Counted from the first letter of the stretch, positions 7,912 through 16,862 are shown. The stretch is DNA of 52,599 nucleotides from a virus (IMGVR_UViG_3300046791_000268:1-52599), one strand, 5' to 3'. Program-made: numbers and translations. Notes: generated by a model from the sequence alone, not told the origin.

Positions 7912-8294
7912 GTGAGCCGTTGTAACCGCTAGCGGTGTGACGGGCAACGGTGGACGCGTAAGAGCGCTGACAGTCTGTGCGGAGGCGATGATGAGCAAGG
8001 CTAAGAGCACGGGGAAGGCGAAAGCCAAGCTCAAGGGCAAGGTCAACGCGAGCGTGTACACGCAGGCTAAGAAGTCCAGGGAGAGCTGTGTGGGTCGCGT
8101 GTGCTCGAAGCCGGGGTGAGCGTTCGAGGCTGGGCGTAGGGAGGGCACTGGACGCTCTTGACCCCGCGTACGTCTGCGAAAAACACGCCAACCCATCGAA
8201 GACGCGCGCGCGGTGTCATACACCGACCGTGGCCGAGACGTACGCGAGCGCGTGCAGCGGCGGCCTCCTCCTCCGCCTCACCCTCTGCCTCTGC

Positions 8295-8515
8295 GGTACC
8301 ATTCGGCGCACACATCGCACTCAGCGCACATCAGCGTAGCGTGCGCGCGCGATCCCCGGTGTCCGCTCACGGTCCCATTCGGCGCATCTGCACACATCGT
8401 CAGGGCGCAGCGCACGTCGGCTCTGGGCGCACTGCGTACGATTCGGCGCTGTCTGTGGGCGCTGTGTGTGTGGCGTGCTGTGTACGGCCTGTGCGCTCAG
8501 CGTACGATTCGGCGC
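8295..8515 (+). repeat. Four direct repeats with core ATTCGGCGC in an apparently non-coding region
   Basis: Core at 8301, 8377, 8441, 8507; GGTACCATTCGGCGC, GGTCCCATTCGGCGC and two GCGTACGATTCGGCGC. Confidence 0.7.
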
Positions 8516-8581
8516 ATTCTCCTGCGTTCCCCTCTGGTGGGCTGTGTGGGTTGGGCTGTGTGGGTTGGGCGCTGTGTGCGA

Positions 8582-8845
8582 TTACGCGAACACTCCGCAC
8601 TGGCTCGCGATCTTGCGCGCCTGCGCAAAGCATTCGTGGGCGCCCACGACGTTCTGTAGCTCCGCTTGTAGGTCACGGCAGGCGTTACCGATGCCTGCTA
8701 CGCCGCTGGCGTTCCACTCGCTCGCAAGCGCCTGGGCGAACCAGGCGCCGCTCTCATAGTGCAAGCACCACACACGGGCCCGCAGCTTGATCGCGCTGGC
8801 GATGATGGCGGCCTGTGACTCGGTTACGGCGTGCTTGCTGTTCAT
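8582..8845 (-). CDS. Hypothetical cassette protein
   Basis: ATG 6 nt after the -10 of element copy 13. Confidence 0.75.
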   Translation of the reverse strand: MNSKHAVTESQAAIIASAIKLRARVWCLHYESGAWFAQALASEWNASGVAGIGNACRDLQAELQNVVGAHECFAQARKIASQCGVFA

Positions 8846-8851
8846 ACTCAT

Positions 8852-8889
8852 ATCCTAGCACGTCACTGAATACGTGCAACAGCTTTTCA
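8852..8889 (-). promoter_or_regulatory. Repeated element copy 13
   Basis: tgaaaagctg-TTG-cacgtattca; TTGCAC-16-TAGGAT. Confidence 0.85.
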
Positions 8890-8909
8890 GCTGTGCCCCC
8901 GTATTCAGT

Positions 8910-9161
8910 TCAGCGGCTGGCGATCGTCCAGACGTAGTGACCAGCGCGGTTAGCGGCTTCCTGGCCCTTGACCAGCCGGCCCTGCATCGTCTGGCCCGTC
9001 AGGCGGCGCGATGCCAGGCGAGCGGCTGTCACCAGCTCCGCTTGACGGTCGGTCGCGCTGATGTCCATCGCCAGGGCGAACTTGCCGTTGACATACGCAT
9101 TGTAGAGCGAGCCCGTGACGGTGGGTGACTGGTAGCAGAGCGTGATTTGCTTTGTGTTCAT
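8910..9161 (-). CDS. Hypothetical cassette protein (83 aa)
   Basis: Leaderless ATG after copy 14. Confidence 0.8.
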   Translation of the reverse strand: MNTKQITLCYQSPTVTGSLYNAYVNGKFALAMDISATDRQAELVTAARLASRRLTGQTMQGRLVKGQEAANRAGHYVWTIASR

Positions 9162-9167
9162 ATCTAG

Positions 9168-9205
9168 AGATTAGCACGCGTATGATTACGCGCAACAGTA
9201 AATCA
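9168..9205 (-). promoter_or_regulatory. Repeated element copy 14
   Basis: tgatttactg-TTG-cgcgtaatca; TTGCGC-16-TAATCT-6 nt-ATG. Confidence 0.85.
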
Positions 9206-9220
9206 GCACTGTGCACAAAC

Positions 9221-9248
9221 TAAAAGAGCGAGCCTCGCGGCCCGCTCT
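9221..9248 (-). terminator. Rho-independent terminator
   Basis: Minus strand agagcgggcc-GCGA-ggctcgctct followed by TTT. Confidence 0.6.
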
Positions 9249-9270
9249 GTGTGCGCTCAGTGCGCAGCCC

Positions 9271-9501
9271 TTAGAGGGCGCCCAAGGCGCGCAAGGTAAG
9301 ATTGCGCTCCTGCCATTTGTGGAGCATGCGATCGATTTCGCGCGCAGGCAGTGTGTGCGCATAGGCCTCGATTACAGCAAGGCTGGCCGCCTCGTATTCC
9401 TCGCGCATGGTGCGCTCTTGGGCTGTGCCGCAGGCTTGCGCCAAGCGGTCATGCGCGGTCACGAGGTTTTGGGTGGCGACTTTGATTTGCGTGCTGTCCA
9501 T
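9271..9501 (-). CDS. Hypothetical cassette protein (76 aa)
   Basis: Leaderless ATG after copy 15. Confidence 0.8.
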   Translation of the reverse strand: MDSTQIKVATQNLVTAHDRLAQACGTAQERTMREEYEAASLAVIEAYAHTLPAREIDRMLHKWQERNLTLRALGAL

Positions 9502-9507
9502 ATCTAG

Positions 9508-9545
9508 AGATTAGCATCACTCTGAATATGTGCAACACGAAATCA
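9508..9545 (-). promoter_or_regulatory. Repeated element copy 15
   Basis: tgatttcgtg-TTG-cacatattca; TTGCAC-16-TAATCT-6 nt-ATG. Confidence 0.85.
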
Positions 9546-9630
9546 GCATGGTAGGCGCGATCGGGGTGCGATTTACGGCGGCGCCTCAAGTCGGCTGAGT
9601 ACGTCTCGGCTGCGTTAGAGAGGTGAGAGC

Positions 9631-9894
9631 ATGGCTACAGTAGCTGAACACCTCGCAAGGCTGACTGCACAGCGCGCCTCTATGCGTGGCGGCTTTCTGA
9701 CCCCCAAGGAGGGGGCGGCCGCGGACCTGAGACGCGCGCGGCAGGCCGCTGGGCGCGACAAGATCGCAGAGCGTGCGAAGGCCAAAGCTGACGCCAAACA
9801 GCGCCGCCTTGCACGGGGCGCCTATGGCAACGCTCGCCAAATGAGCCTGTTTGGGCGCCTCTTGGGCGGCACGGCCAGCGGTAAATCGGGCTGA
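9631..9894 (+). CDS. Small basic Arg/Ala-rich protein ending -SGKSG
   Basis: SD GAGGTG; strongly basic composition. Confidence 0.75.
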   Translation: MATVAEHLARLTAQRASMRGGFLTPKEGAAADLRRARQAAGRDKIAERAKAKADAKQRRLARGAYGNARQMSLFGRLLGGTASGKSG

Positions 9895-9976
9895 CTACGC
9901 TTGTCATTGGATGGCCTACGCACGTCATACAAGCGTAGTGCACACATCTGTACTCATGACGTAGGAGGGCTAGCGT

Positions 9977-10384
9977 ATGGCTCGCAGATTCGTAAGCAGC
10001 ACGCCAGCCGCCAAATCGCTGGGTGTAGGCAAAGACGGCAAGCCGCTCACCAAAGCCGCCATCAAAGCAGGCATAGCCAAAACACGCGTAGCCACGGCCG
10101 CACGCAATGCCGCATCGGCCGCCGCAGGCACAGCCGCCTACAACAAGATCTTCGGTAAACAAGCCTTGGCCGCTGGCAAGGCGAAAGTCGCATCACGTCG
10201 CATACGTGACTCGCAATCCCTCAAGAAGGCCAACAAGACCGCTGTAGGTAAGCGCCGTGTGACGTTCCTAGGCGACAAGCGGGGCGGCGCCGCACGTGCG
10301 AAGGCTGCGGCAGGGGTCCTAGCCGCAAGCCGCGGTGGAGGCGCTGGGCTCGTTCTCAAGCTCTCTGGCAGCAAAGGCGGATAG
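9977..10384 (+). CDS. Small basic Lys/Ala-rich protein ending -SGSKGG
   Basis: SD AGGAGG; very few acidic residues. Confidence 0.8.
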   Translation: MARRFVSSTPAAKSLGVGKDGKPLTKAAIKAGIAKTRVATAARNAASAAAGTAAYNKIFGKQALAAGKAKVASRRIRDSQSLKKANKTAVGKRRVTFLGDKRGGAARAKAAAGVLAASRGGGAGLVLKLSGSKGG

Positions 10385-10393
10385 GGTACACCC

Positions 10394-10741
10394 ATGCCTA
10401 CCAGCCCCGATATCGACCCCTACAGCCCCTGCCCTGATCCCATCATCGAAAGCACGGGCTATCCTACAGAGGATTTCCTGCAGTGGCTCAGTGTGGCAGA
10501 CGACCACAAAGCCATCATGCGTGCGGTACTCGCCTACTTCAGCGAAGTCGCCTACGGGTCCATCACACGCGTTTACGCTGACAGGGTAAGCCTTGCTACG
10601 GGCGGATGGTCCGGGTGCGAGGATGTGATCGCCTCCCTACACGACAATGTACGCTTTTGGCACGATTGCTGGGAGGAACAGCACCGTGGCGGAAAGTGGG
10701 TCTTTGAAGTCGAGGGCCTACAGCTCCCCGGCAACGATTGA
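10394..10741 (+). CDS. Conserved-looking acidic phage protein
   Basis: LATGGWSGCE...FWHDCW...RGG motif. Confidence 0.75.
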   Translation: MPTSPDIDPYSPCPDPIIESTGYPTEDFLQWLSVADDHKAIMRAVLAYFSEVAYGSITRVYADRVSLATGGWSGCEDVIASLHDNVRFWHDCWEEQHRGGKWVFEVEGLQLPGND

Positions 10742-10743
10742 GC

Positions 10744-11652
10744 ATGTGTATGGGTAGCCCTCGTGCTGACGCACCCACACAGCCCCGTAAACGTCGCACC
10801 TCCACCCAAGTGGTACGCGCTGAACTAGCCCGGGTTACAGGCCTCCTGCTGCTGAGCCGCAAGCGCATGGAGCGCGTGTCGGCACTTTCGCACGATCGCG
10901 TGATGGTGGGGCTTTCTGGGGGCAAAGACAGCCTTGTCACACTGGACCTGTGCTGTAAGTACATCTCTCATGTAGAAGCCTACTACATGTACTTGGTCCC
11001 CGGCCTAGAGGCGTTCGAGTGTCACGTGGATGCCGCCGCTAAGCGTCACGGTATCAAGGTGCACAAAGTACCGCATTTCGACCTAGCAAGGCTCGTCAGG
11101 CACGCTGTGTTGCGACCGCCTACCAAGGGGTGCAACACGCTACGGATCATGCAATTGCGCGACATTGAGTTTGCGTTGCGCGATCGCACCGGCATCACCT
11201 GGATGGCCATGGGTGAGCGTGCAACGGACAGCTTCAATAGGCGTTTTTACACACGTCGCAATGACGGCATTGACGAACGTGTGCACCGCACTTACCCGAT
11301 ATGGGATTGGTGCGACAGAGACGTATACGGCTACCTACGCGCGCGAGGCATCAAGCCCCCTGACAATCGGGGCTACCAGAAAGCCCGTGTACGCGTCAGT
11401 GGCTTTTCGCTCTCTGGACAGTGTCTATCCTGGCTCAAGGTAGAGCATCCCAGAGATTACAAGCGTGTGCTCCGCGTATTCCCTTACGCTGACAGCGAAA
11501 TCCGCAAGTATGAACTCCGACAAGAAAGCGCACGCGACCAAGATCAAGGCGCTGCAAGACTATGTGCGGGAGTCTATCCCGACACAGAGCCCGACACAGA
11601 GCACGCTTCCCACAGCGAACCAGGTCAGCAAATACCAGACGTTCATCACTGA
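10744..11652 (+). CDS. PAPS reductase-like PP-loop adenine nucleotide alpha-hydrolase
   Basis: VGLSGGKDS PP-loop, GERATDS..RR, YPIWDW..DVYGYL; start uncertain (10738-10867). Confidence 0.85.
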   Translation: MCMGSPRADAPTQPRKRRTSTQVVRAELARVTGLLLLSRKRMERVSALSHDRVMVGLSGGKDSLVTLDLCCKYISHVEAYYMYLVPGLEAFECHVDAAAKRHGIKVHKVPHFDLARLVRHAVLRPPTKGCNTLRIMQLRDIEFALRDRTGITWMAMGERATDSFNRRFYTRRNDGIDERVHRTYPIWDWCDRDVYGYLRARGIKPPDNRGYQKARVRVSGFSLSGQCLSWLKVEHPRDYKRVLRVFPYADSEIRKYELRQESARDQDQGAARLCAGVYPDTEPDTEHASHSEPGQQIPDVHH

Positions 11653-12376
11653 GCGCGTACACCGTAGCCAGATTGCGCTTGCGGACTACAACCCGCGCAC
11701 CATGGACGATGAAGCCCGGGGCAAGCTACACGCGAACCTAAAGACGGTCGGGCTGGTCGCTGCGCTTACGTGGAATCGTCGCACAGGGAACCTTGTTGCA
11801 GGTCACCAGCGCATCGCAGAGCTGGACGCGCTCGAAGGTAGCCAGGACTACTACCTGGATCTCAATGTCGTAGACCTGGACGAAAAAACCGAACGCGAAC
11901 AAAATATATTTTTGAACAATCGCGCCGCCCAGGGCGATTACGACGTGCTCAAAGTCGCCGAACTTTTTTCTGACAAAGTGCTAGAGCTGAACCCCGCGGC
12001 CGCAGGCTTTGGCGCGCTGGACCTACAGCTGATGTTCGATGAAGCCGGGGTGGGCATGTTCAGCGATACGGAGGGCCTAGCCGCCATCGATGAACTCAAG
12101 GCCATGGGCGCCGAAAAGAGCACCAAGCGCCACGCGGATCGCGCACCGGGCGAAATGCCCAGCCGCGCAGTGGTAGGCGAGCTGGGCCTAGACGAGCGCG
12201 AAGCCACGGAAGAAACCGAGACGATGAGTGTTATCGTGTTTCTCAATCCCAGGGAACGCGCTGTGTTTCTCGCCGCCATGGGCTGCGATGAACATCAGCG
12301 CTATGTCGACGGGTCCGCGGTGTTTGCGAAGCTGGGCATTGACCCCTCGGAAGCCTGGGCCAGCGAGCTGGGCTAG
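11510..12376 (+). CDS. ParB/Srx-like protein
   Basis: ADYNPR...GLV...WNRRTGNLVAGHQR; start uncertain, overlaps the 3' tail of the previous ORF. Confidence 0.85.
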   Translation: MNSDKKAHATKIKALQDYVRESIPTQSPTQSTLPTANQVSKYQTFITERVHRSQIALADYNPRTMDDEARGKLHANLKTVGLVAALTWNRRTGNLVAGHQRIAELDALEGSQDYYLDLNVVDLDEKTEREQNIFLNNRAAQGDYDVLKVAELFSDKVLELNPAAAGFGALDLQLMFDEAGVGMFSDTEGLAAIDELKAMGAEKSTKRHADRAPGEMPSRAVVGELGLDEREATEETETMSVIVFLNPRERAVFLAAMGCDEHQRYVDGSAVFAKLGIDPSEAWASELG

Positions 12377-12750
12377 AACTGGACGCTTTGCAGGCGCACG
12401 CGGCGCTGAGCTTTGGAGCCGTTGCGGCGCGTGTATGCGATAAGCGCGCTGGTCGCGCACGCGCGGACCACACGCCCCGTCCACGATCCGAACATTCCGC
12501 GCTGGAATGTCACCAGCTGACCGATGGCCGGCTGCGATCGGCAGCCGTTGGCGACGCAGTAGCCATCCCAGTGCGCGAGCACGCGCGCCGCACTCGACAC
12601 GTCGAGCGCTATCGATGCCTCGCCCTGGCGGCCGCCGCTGAATACCACGTACCCCGCCTCAATCCGCGCGGATAGCCGCAGGCCGTTCTGTGCCAACTTC
12701 AGTTCAGTGACCAGTTTCGCAATCCGTGTCTCTGTGTTGTTTGCGTCCAT
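12373..12750 (-). CDS. Hypothetical cassette protein (SH3-like C-terminus)
   Basis: Leaderless ATG after copy 16; IGQLVTF...TGRVV pattern. Confidence 0.8.
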   Translation of the reverse strand: MDANNTETRIAKLVTELKLAQNGLRLSARIEAGYVVFSGGRQGEASIALDVSSAARVLAHWDGYCVANGCRSQPAIGQLVTFQRGMFGSWTGRVVRACATSALIAYTRRNGSKAQRRVRLQSVQF

Positions 12751-12756
12751 GTCTCT

Positions 12757-12794
12757 ATGCTAGCAGGCCTCTGAAAGAACGCAACACATAATCA
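12757..12794 (-). promoter_or_regulatory. Repeated element copy 16
   Basis: tgattatgtg-TTG-cgttctttca; TTGCGT-16-TAGCAT-6 nt-ATG. Confidence 0.85.
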
Positions 12795-12814
12795 ACGGTC
12801 TGGGCTGGCGGAGT

Positions 12815-13150
12815 TTACCAGGGCGCGACACTTAGGATGTCTGCTAGGTGCACAAAATCCGCTTGACACGCGCGCGCTTCCGCCTCGGTCGCGTGTTGCC
12901 TCTGACTGTCGTGCGCGATTTCGTGCGTCCCGTGCCAAAAAATGGTCGTCTCAAAAATCAGCGGCGGCTCCGCTACGTAGTCCGCGCTATCAGACCGATA
13001 CGGATCGAAGCCCGTCCAGATCGTGGCCACGCGAAACTCGTTAACGGTCTGGTCCGCAAGGAACCGATAGGCGCGATCTTCGAACAGCTCAGCCCAGCGC
13101 TGTAGCGTGATGGGCCGGCCCTCGCGGTCAAAGTAGTGATCCATGGTCAA
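12815..13150 (-). CDS. Conserved hypothetical phage protein
   Basis: YFDREGRPI...VATIWTG.D...PLIFETTIF pattern. Confidence 0.75.
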   Translation of the reverse strand: MTMDHYFDREGRPITLQRWAELFEDRAYRFLADQTVNEFRVATIWTGFDPYRSDSADYVAEPPLIFETTIFWHGTHEIAHDSQRQHATEAEARACQADFVHLADILSVAPW

Positions 13151-13542
13151 GCCTTTGTCGGGGGCTGGGGCAGAGCCTCGTCAGCTTCTGCGTGGGCCGC
13201 GGCGAACGCAACAGCGTCGGCTTCCGCGTAGACTTTGACGAACACAAGCGCGTCCCCAAGGTTCATGTCCGCGCACATCGCAACGCCCCGGATCGCTCTG
13301 GCGAGTACGCCAAGCGCGTCCCATGGGCCGGGCTGGATAACCGCAGCGTCAAATGCCAAGTTCGCAGAGCGTTTCCACTGAGCTTGTCGCGCTTCGGTGA
13401 CTAGCGTTTCGTTTGGTAGCGGCGGCTCAGCGAGTACAAGCATTGTAGCCAGATCCGCCTCGGTCACTTCTACGGGTCGGCTTTGTTGTGCCCGGCTGGC
13501 GCCGTAAGCATGGTTGCGCGGCCCTCGATTGCGTCGGCTCAT
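13147..13542 (-). CDS. Hypothetical protein
   Basis: Tightly packed leftward operon. Confidence 0.65.
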   Translation of the reverse strand: MSRRNRGPRNHAYGASRAQQSRPVEVTEADLATMLVLAEPPLPNETLVTEARQAQWKRSANLAFDAAVIQPGPWDALGVLARAIRGVAMCADMNLGDALVFVKVYAEADAVAFAAAHAEADEALPQPPTKA

Positions 13543-13544
13543 GG

Positions 13545-13802
13545 TCAGGCCTTCTTTCTGGCGCGCCGCGCCTCGCGTTCAATCGCGTTGACCAGCCCCG
13601 CATGTGCGGCCGCTGACACGCTGAAAAGCGTGTGCACATCGGGCGGCTGTTCGTTGGGTTGCAAGTATTCACGCCGCAACGATCCGTCAGCGCCGCGGAC
13701 AATGACCGTGCACAGCGCGTTACTCCACCCCGGCCCTGACGCGTACTCACAGAACGCCGTCACGATGCTTTCATCCGCCGCAATCTTCATCCCCACGGGC
13801 AT
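13545..13802 (-). CDS. Hypothetical protein
   Basis: Tightly packed leftward operon. Confidence 0.65.
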   Translation of the reverse strand: MPVGMKIAADESIVTAFCEYASGPGWSNALCTVIVRGADGSLRREYLQPNEQPPDVHTLFSVSAAAHAGLVNAIEREARRARKKA

Positions 13803-13813
13803 GCCACGGCTTT

Positions 13814-14392
13814 ATGGCGATTGTCAAAATGAACGATGCGCTCAGGGAACAGATCCTGGGCGCCATCCGCGCAGGCGTACACCCGACAGAAGCGTGCACA
13901 GCCGCAGGCCTTGACCGCTGCTACATGTATGAGGCGCGCCGCCTCGCACGCAATGGCAGCGCCACGTCGCTGGCGTTCCTTGAGGCCGTGGCCCAGGCCT
14001 CCGCGCTCGCCGAAGTGGACGACGTTCTCACCACGAAACGCGCCGCGAAAGTCGAAACGGTCGCGCTCGTGTGCCCCGAATGCAAGGCGCCGTTTCACGG
14101 CGATCCGGTCCAGCTCGCCAACGTGCTGGGCGCCGCCGAAACCGCGCAGCGCGTGAAAGCCAGCGCCGCTGGCATCGCGATGACGCGGCTAGAGCGTCGG
14201 TTTAGTCAGCGCTGGTCACAGCGCGTAGTCCACACGGTCCAGGAAGAACACGAAAGACTGCTCAATGTCGCAGAGCGGATTCTTGCGCCAGAAGTTTTCG
14301 AGCTACTCCTTGAAGAATACATCTCTTCAAGCGGCGGCGAAGACGCGCCTGAAGACGATCAGGGCCCAGCGCCCCGGGCAGGCGTTCACTGA
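13814..14392 (+). CDS. terS: Terminase small subunit (putative)
   Basis: N-terminal HTH (ILGAIRAG...ACTAAGL), LERRF..RW motif, directly upstream of terL. Confidence 0.7.
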   Translation: MAIVKMNDALREQILGAIRAGVHPTEACTAAGLDRCYMYEARRLARNGSATSLAFLEAVAQASALAEVDDVLTTKRAAKVETVALVCPECKAPFHGDPVQLANVLGAAETAQRVKASAAGIAMTRLERRFSQRWSQRVVHTVQEEHERLLNVAERILAPEVFELLLEEYISSSGGEDAPEDDQGPAPRAGVH

Positions 14393-15734
14393 ACCGCTCA
14401 TGTCGTTCATCCCGCTGGTAACACCGCGGTGGACGGCTCCGACCCATCTAGCTCCCTACGTAGACATTCTAGAACAGGCGCCGGGAGGCGGGTTACGCGT
14501 AGTCTTAGCAGCCCCGCCCCAACATGGCAAGACAGAGGCCACAATTCATGCGTTTGCGTGGTGGATTCGTAAGTTTCCCCACCTACGCTACGCCTACGCT
14601 ACGTATAGCCAGGATCGGTCATACCGTGTAGGGCGCCGCGCCAAAGTGTTAGCGGAACGCGCAGGCGTCGAGCTGGACACGGCCAACATGGGCCTCTGGC
14701 TCACCCCACGTGACGGGCAAGTGCTCTGGACGTCAGTAGGCGGCGGTCTAACAGGTGAGCCTGTTGACGGTGTGTTTGTCATAGACGACCCGCTGGCAGG
14801 CCGTAAGGAGGCCGAAAGCCCCACGATCCGCCAAAACCATAAGGATTGGTTTCACGGCTCTGTCGAAACCCGCGTACACCCCGGCGCATCCATCATTGTG
14901 ATGGCCACGCGCTGGCACGCGGACGATTTGTCCGGCTACTTGGTGCGCGAGCAAGGGTTCACCTACTGCAATCTGAAGGCGATCGCGGATGAAAACCGCC
15001 CAGCGGGTGACAATCGTCAGATAGGCGAGGCGCTATGGGAAGCAGAGCGCCCGCTGACGATGTTGCAAGAGCGTCAAAAGGGAAATATTTGGAACTTTGC
15101 ATCGCTCTATCAAGGCGAGCCACGGCCCCGTGGCGGCGCGCTGTTTCGCGAGCCTACCTACTTCACTCAGCTACCTGCTAGCGGCTTCCGGGTCACGCTG
15201 GGCGCTGACCTGGCCTATTCCGAGAAGACTCACGCAAATTTCTCGGTGCAAGTCGAGATTTGGGCTGTGCCCCCGCCTCCCGCGCGAGGCGCGCGCAGGC
15301 CTGAAGAATGGGCCTTTTACATCGTGGATGTGACCCGCGTGCAGGTAGAAGCGCCGGCTTTCACCATGCTTCTGCTCAAAAAGCAGCGACAGCGCAACGC
15401 GAACACGTACTGGTACGCAAGCGGCACGGAAGCCGGCTCAGCGTCGTTCATTCGCAGCAAGGGCGTGCGCTTGATCGTGATGGACCCTGGCGGCCGCGAC
15501 AAGCTTACACGCGCGCAACAGTCAAGCTACCTGTGGAACTTGGGGCGGATTCTCGTGCCTGAAGACAATGAGCGCTACCCCTGGGTAGATGTGTTCGTCG
15601 ACGAAATCACCTCGTTTACAGGCGTCAAAGACCCACAAGACGATCAGGTAGACGCGCTTGTCAGTGGCATAGATGCCGCCCTGCGCGGCACGCATGACAT
15701 GCAGGTGCAGGGCAGCGGCGGACGCTACGCCTAG
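14265..15734 (+). CDS. terL: Terminase large subunit
   Basis: Walker A APPQHGKT, Walker B VFVIDDP, MATRWHADD, nuclease GADLA and DDQVDAL; true start probably further downstream (about 14399). Confidence 0.95.
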   Translation: MSQSGFLRQKFSSYSLKNTSLQAAAKTRLKTIRAQRPGQAFTEPLMSFIPLVTPRWTAPTHLAPYVDILEQAPGGGLRVVLAAPPQHGKTEATIHAFAWWIRKFPHLRYAYATYSQDRSYRVGRRAKVLAERAGVELDTANMGLWLTPRDGQVLWTSVGGGLTGEPVDGVFVIDDPLAGRKEAESPTIRQNHKDWFHGSVETRVHPGASIIVMATRWHADDLSGYLVREQGFTYCNLKAIADENRPAGDNRQIGEALWEAERPLTMLQERQKGNIWNFASLYQGEPRPRGGALFREPTYFTQLPASGFRVTLGADLAYSEKTHANFSVQVEIWAVPPPPARGARRPEEWAFYIVDVTRVQVEAPAFTMLLLKKQRQRNANTYWYASGTEAGSASFIRSKGVRLIVMDPGGRDKLTRAQQSSYLWNLGRILVPEDNERYPWVDVFVDEITSFTGVKDPQDDQVDALVSGIDAALRGTHDMQVQGSGGRYA

Positions 15735-15736
15735 CG

Positions 15737-16111
15737 CTATTTCCCAGGCCGCCTGTAGCCGTACAGCGCCGGCTCAGCCTCTGGTAGCTGGACGGTTTCG
15801 GGAAGCGCGGATAGATCGCTAAGGTCTTGTTGGTAGAGCCAGCACAAAAACGGTTCATAGAGCGGACACACCCAGATTTTGTGTCTGTTCAGGTCAGCGC
15901 CGGCCAGCCCACCGGGGCGGAACAGCGCCCCCTCACCCGTCTGCAGATCCAGCACCCATACGAAGTCTGGATCCCAGCCCGTCTCACGTAGCAGCGGCAT
16001 AGCAGAGCCGCTGATGGGGCTGCGCTTGCGCCATTCCTCCGCATCGAACCGAGCCACGATGAACTTACCCCAGTTGATACCGTTTGTGGCCTCGATGATG
16101 TGCGTCAGCAT
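15737..16111 (-). CDS. Conserved hypothetical phage protein
   Basis: WVLDLQTGEGALF...HKIWVCPLYEPFL; start MLTHII. Confidence 0.75.
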   Translation of the reverse strand: MLTHIIEATNGINWGKFIVARFDAEEWRKRSPISGSAMPLLRETGWDPDFVWVLDLQTGEGALFRPGGLAGADLNRHKIWVCPLYEPFLCWLYQQDLSDLSALPETVQLPEAEPALYGYRRPGK

Positions 16112-16168
16112 GGTGGCGCTGTTTACCACGAAAGTGACATTTGCCAAAAGGCGTTGCGTGTGATGGTC

Positions 16169-16369
16169 ATGACTGACGAGCAAGAGCCTATTTTGCAGTT
16201 TTTCGTGTGCGACCACTTGCCAGCGCCGTTGCAAATCGTGTCAACGCCGTTTTGTGACCTGGCGCGCGCGTTGGTTCGCAGCCTGCCCCGCAATCCTGAG
16301 CGGTCGGTCGCGCTGCGCAAACTCTTAGAGTCGAAAGACGCGGCTGTCCGCGCGTTCATTTTCAAGTGA
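16169..16369 (+). CDS. Small helical-hairpin protein, possibly Acb2/Tad1-like
   Basis: FF..HLP...LPRNPERSVALRKLLESKDAAVRA. Confidence 0.6.
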   Translation: MTDEQEPILQFFVCDHLPAPLQIVSTPFCDLARALVRSLPRNPERSVALRKLLESKDAAVRAFIFK

Positions 16370-16671
16370 TCACTACGCACAAGTACACGCTGCAGCTGGA
16401 CGCGCTAGAGCCCAACTCTGCGCTTGTGCTCGACATGCCTGACGGCGCGTCAGTGCTGAGTGTGCAGGAGCAACGCGGATCGCTGGTCATGTGGGCGCTG
16501 GTCGACACTGACAAGCCCATGGAAAAGCGGCGTTTCGCGATCTACGGCACGGGCCACGCTGTGCCTATCTACATCGGCGTTTACCACGGCACCGTACAGC
16601 TAGCGCAGGGCCACTTAGTGGTTCACGTGTGGGAAGTGCCTGGCCGCGCGCTGGACGATGTGGACGCTTGA
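16366..16671 (+). CDS. Conserved beta-rich phage protein
   Basis: HKYTL...MPDGASVLSVQ.Q...WALVD...YGTGH...GTVQ...VHVWE. Confidence 0.8.
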   Translation: MITTHKYTLQLDALEPNSALVLDMPDGASVLSVQEQRGSLVMWALVDTDKPMEKRRFAIYGTGHAVPIYIGVYHGTVQLAQGHLVVHVWEVPGRALDDVDA

Positions 16672-16862
16672 GCTTCGCTATCCGGCATGACCACCGTAGC
16701 CCAACCCTTGCGCTTGAACACCAGCGCAAGCCAGCGTGCGGGGTGACCTATGCACCACTTCAGGATCGGGGCCGCCTGGTAGCAGTAGCCGTCTCGGATT
16801 AGGATGCCAGCGCAGAAGTGCGGCGCCGTAACCTGCACTGCGTAGCTTTTGGCATTTGTCAT
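16623..16862 (-). CDS. Hypothetical phage protein
   Basis: APHFCAG...AAPILKW...RKGW segment of ORF 16623..17324; start MTNAKS. Confidence 0.6.
   Translation of the reverse strand: MTNAKSYAVQVTAPHFCAGILIRDGYCYQAAPILKWCIGHPARWLALVFKRKGWATVVMPDSEAQASTSSSARPGTSHT

Noticed and set aside
8295-8515. Mini-CRISPR array
   Set aside because: Repeat only 9-16 nt, spacers low-complexity and uneven
8067-8790. Overlapping ORFs across the repeat region
   Set aside because: Low-complexity translations in several frames with no convincing RBS
10744-11652. Host-type cysH auxiliary metabolic gene or full Dnd phosphorothioation system
   Set aside because: No CysH C-terminal ECGLH motif and no dndA/D/E neighbours
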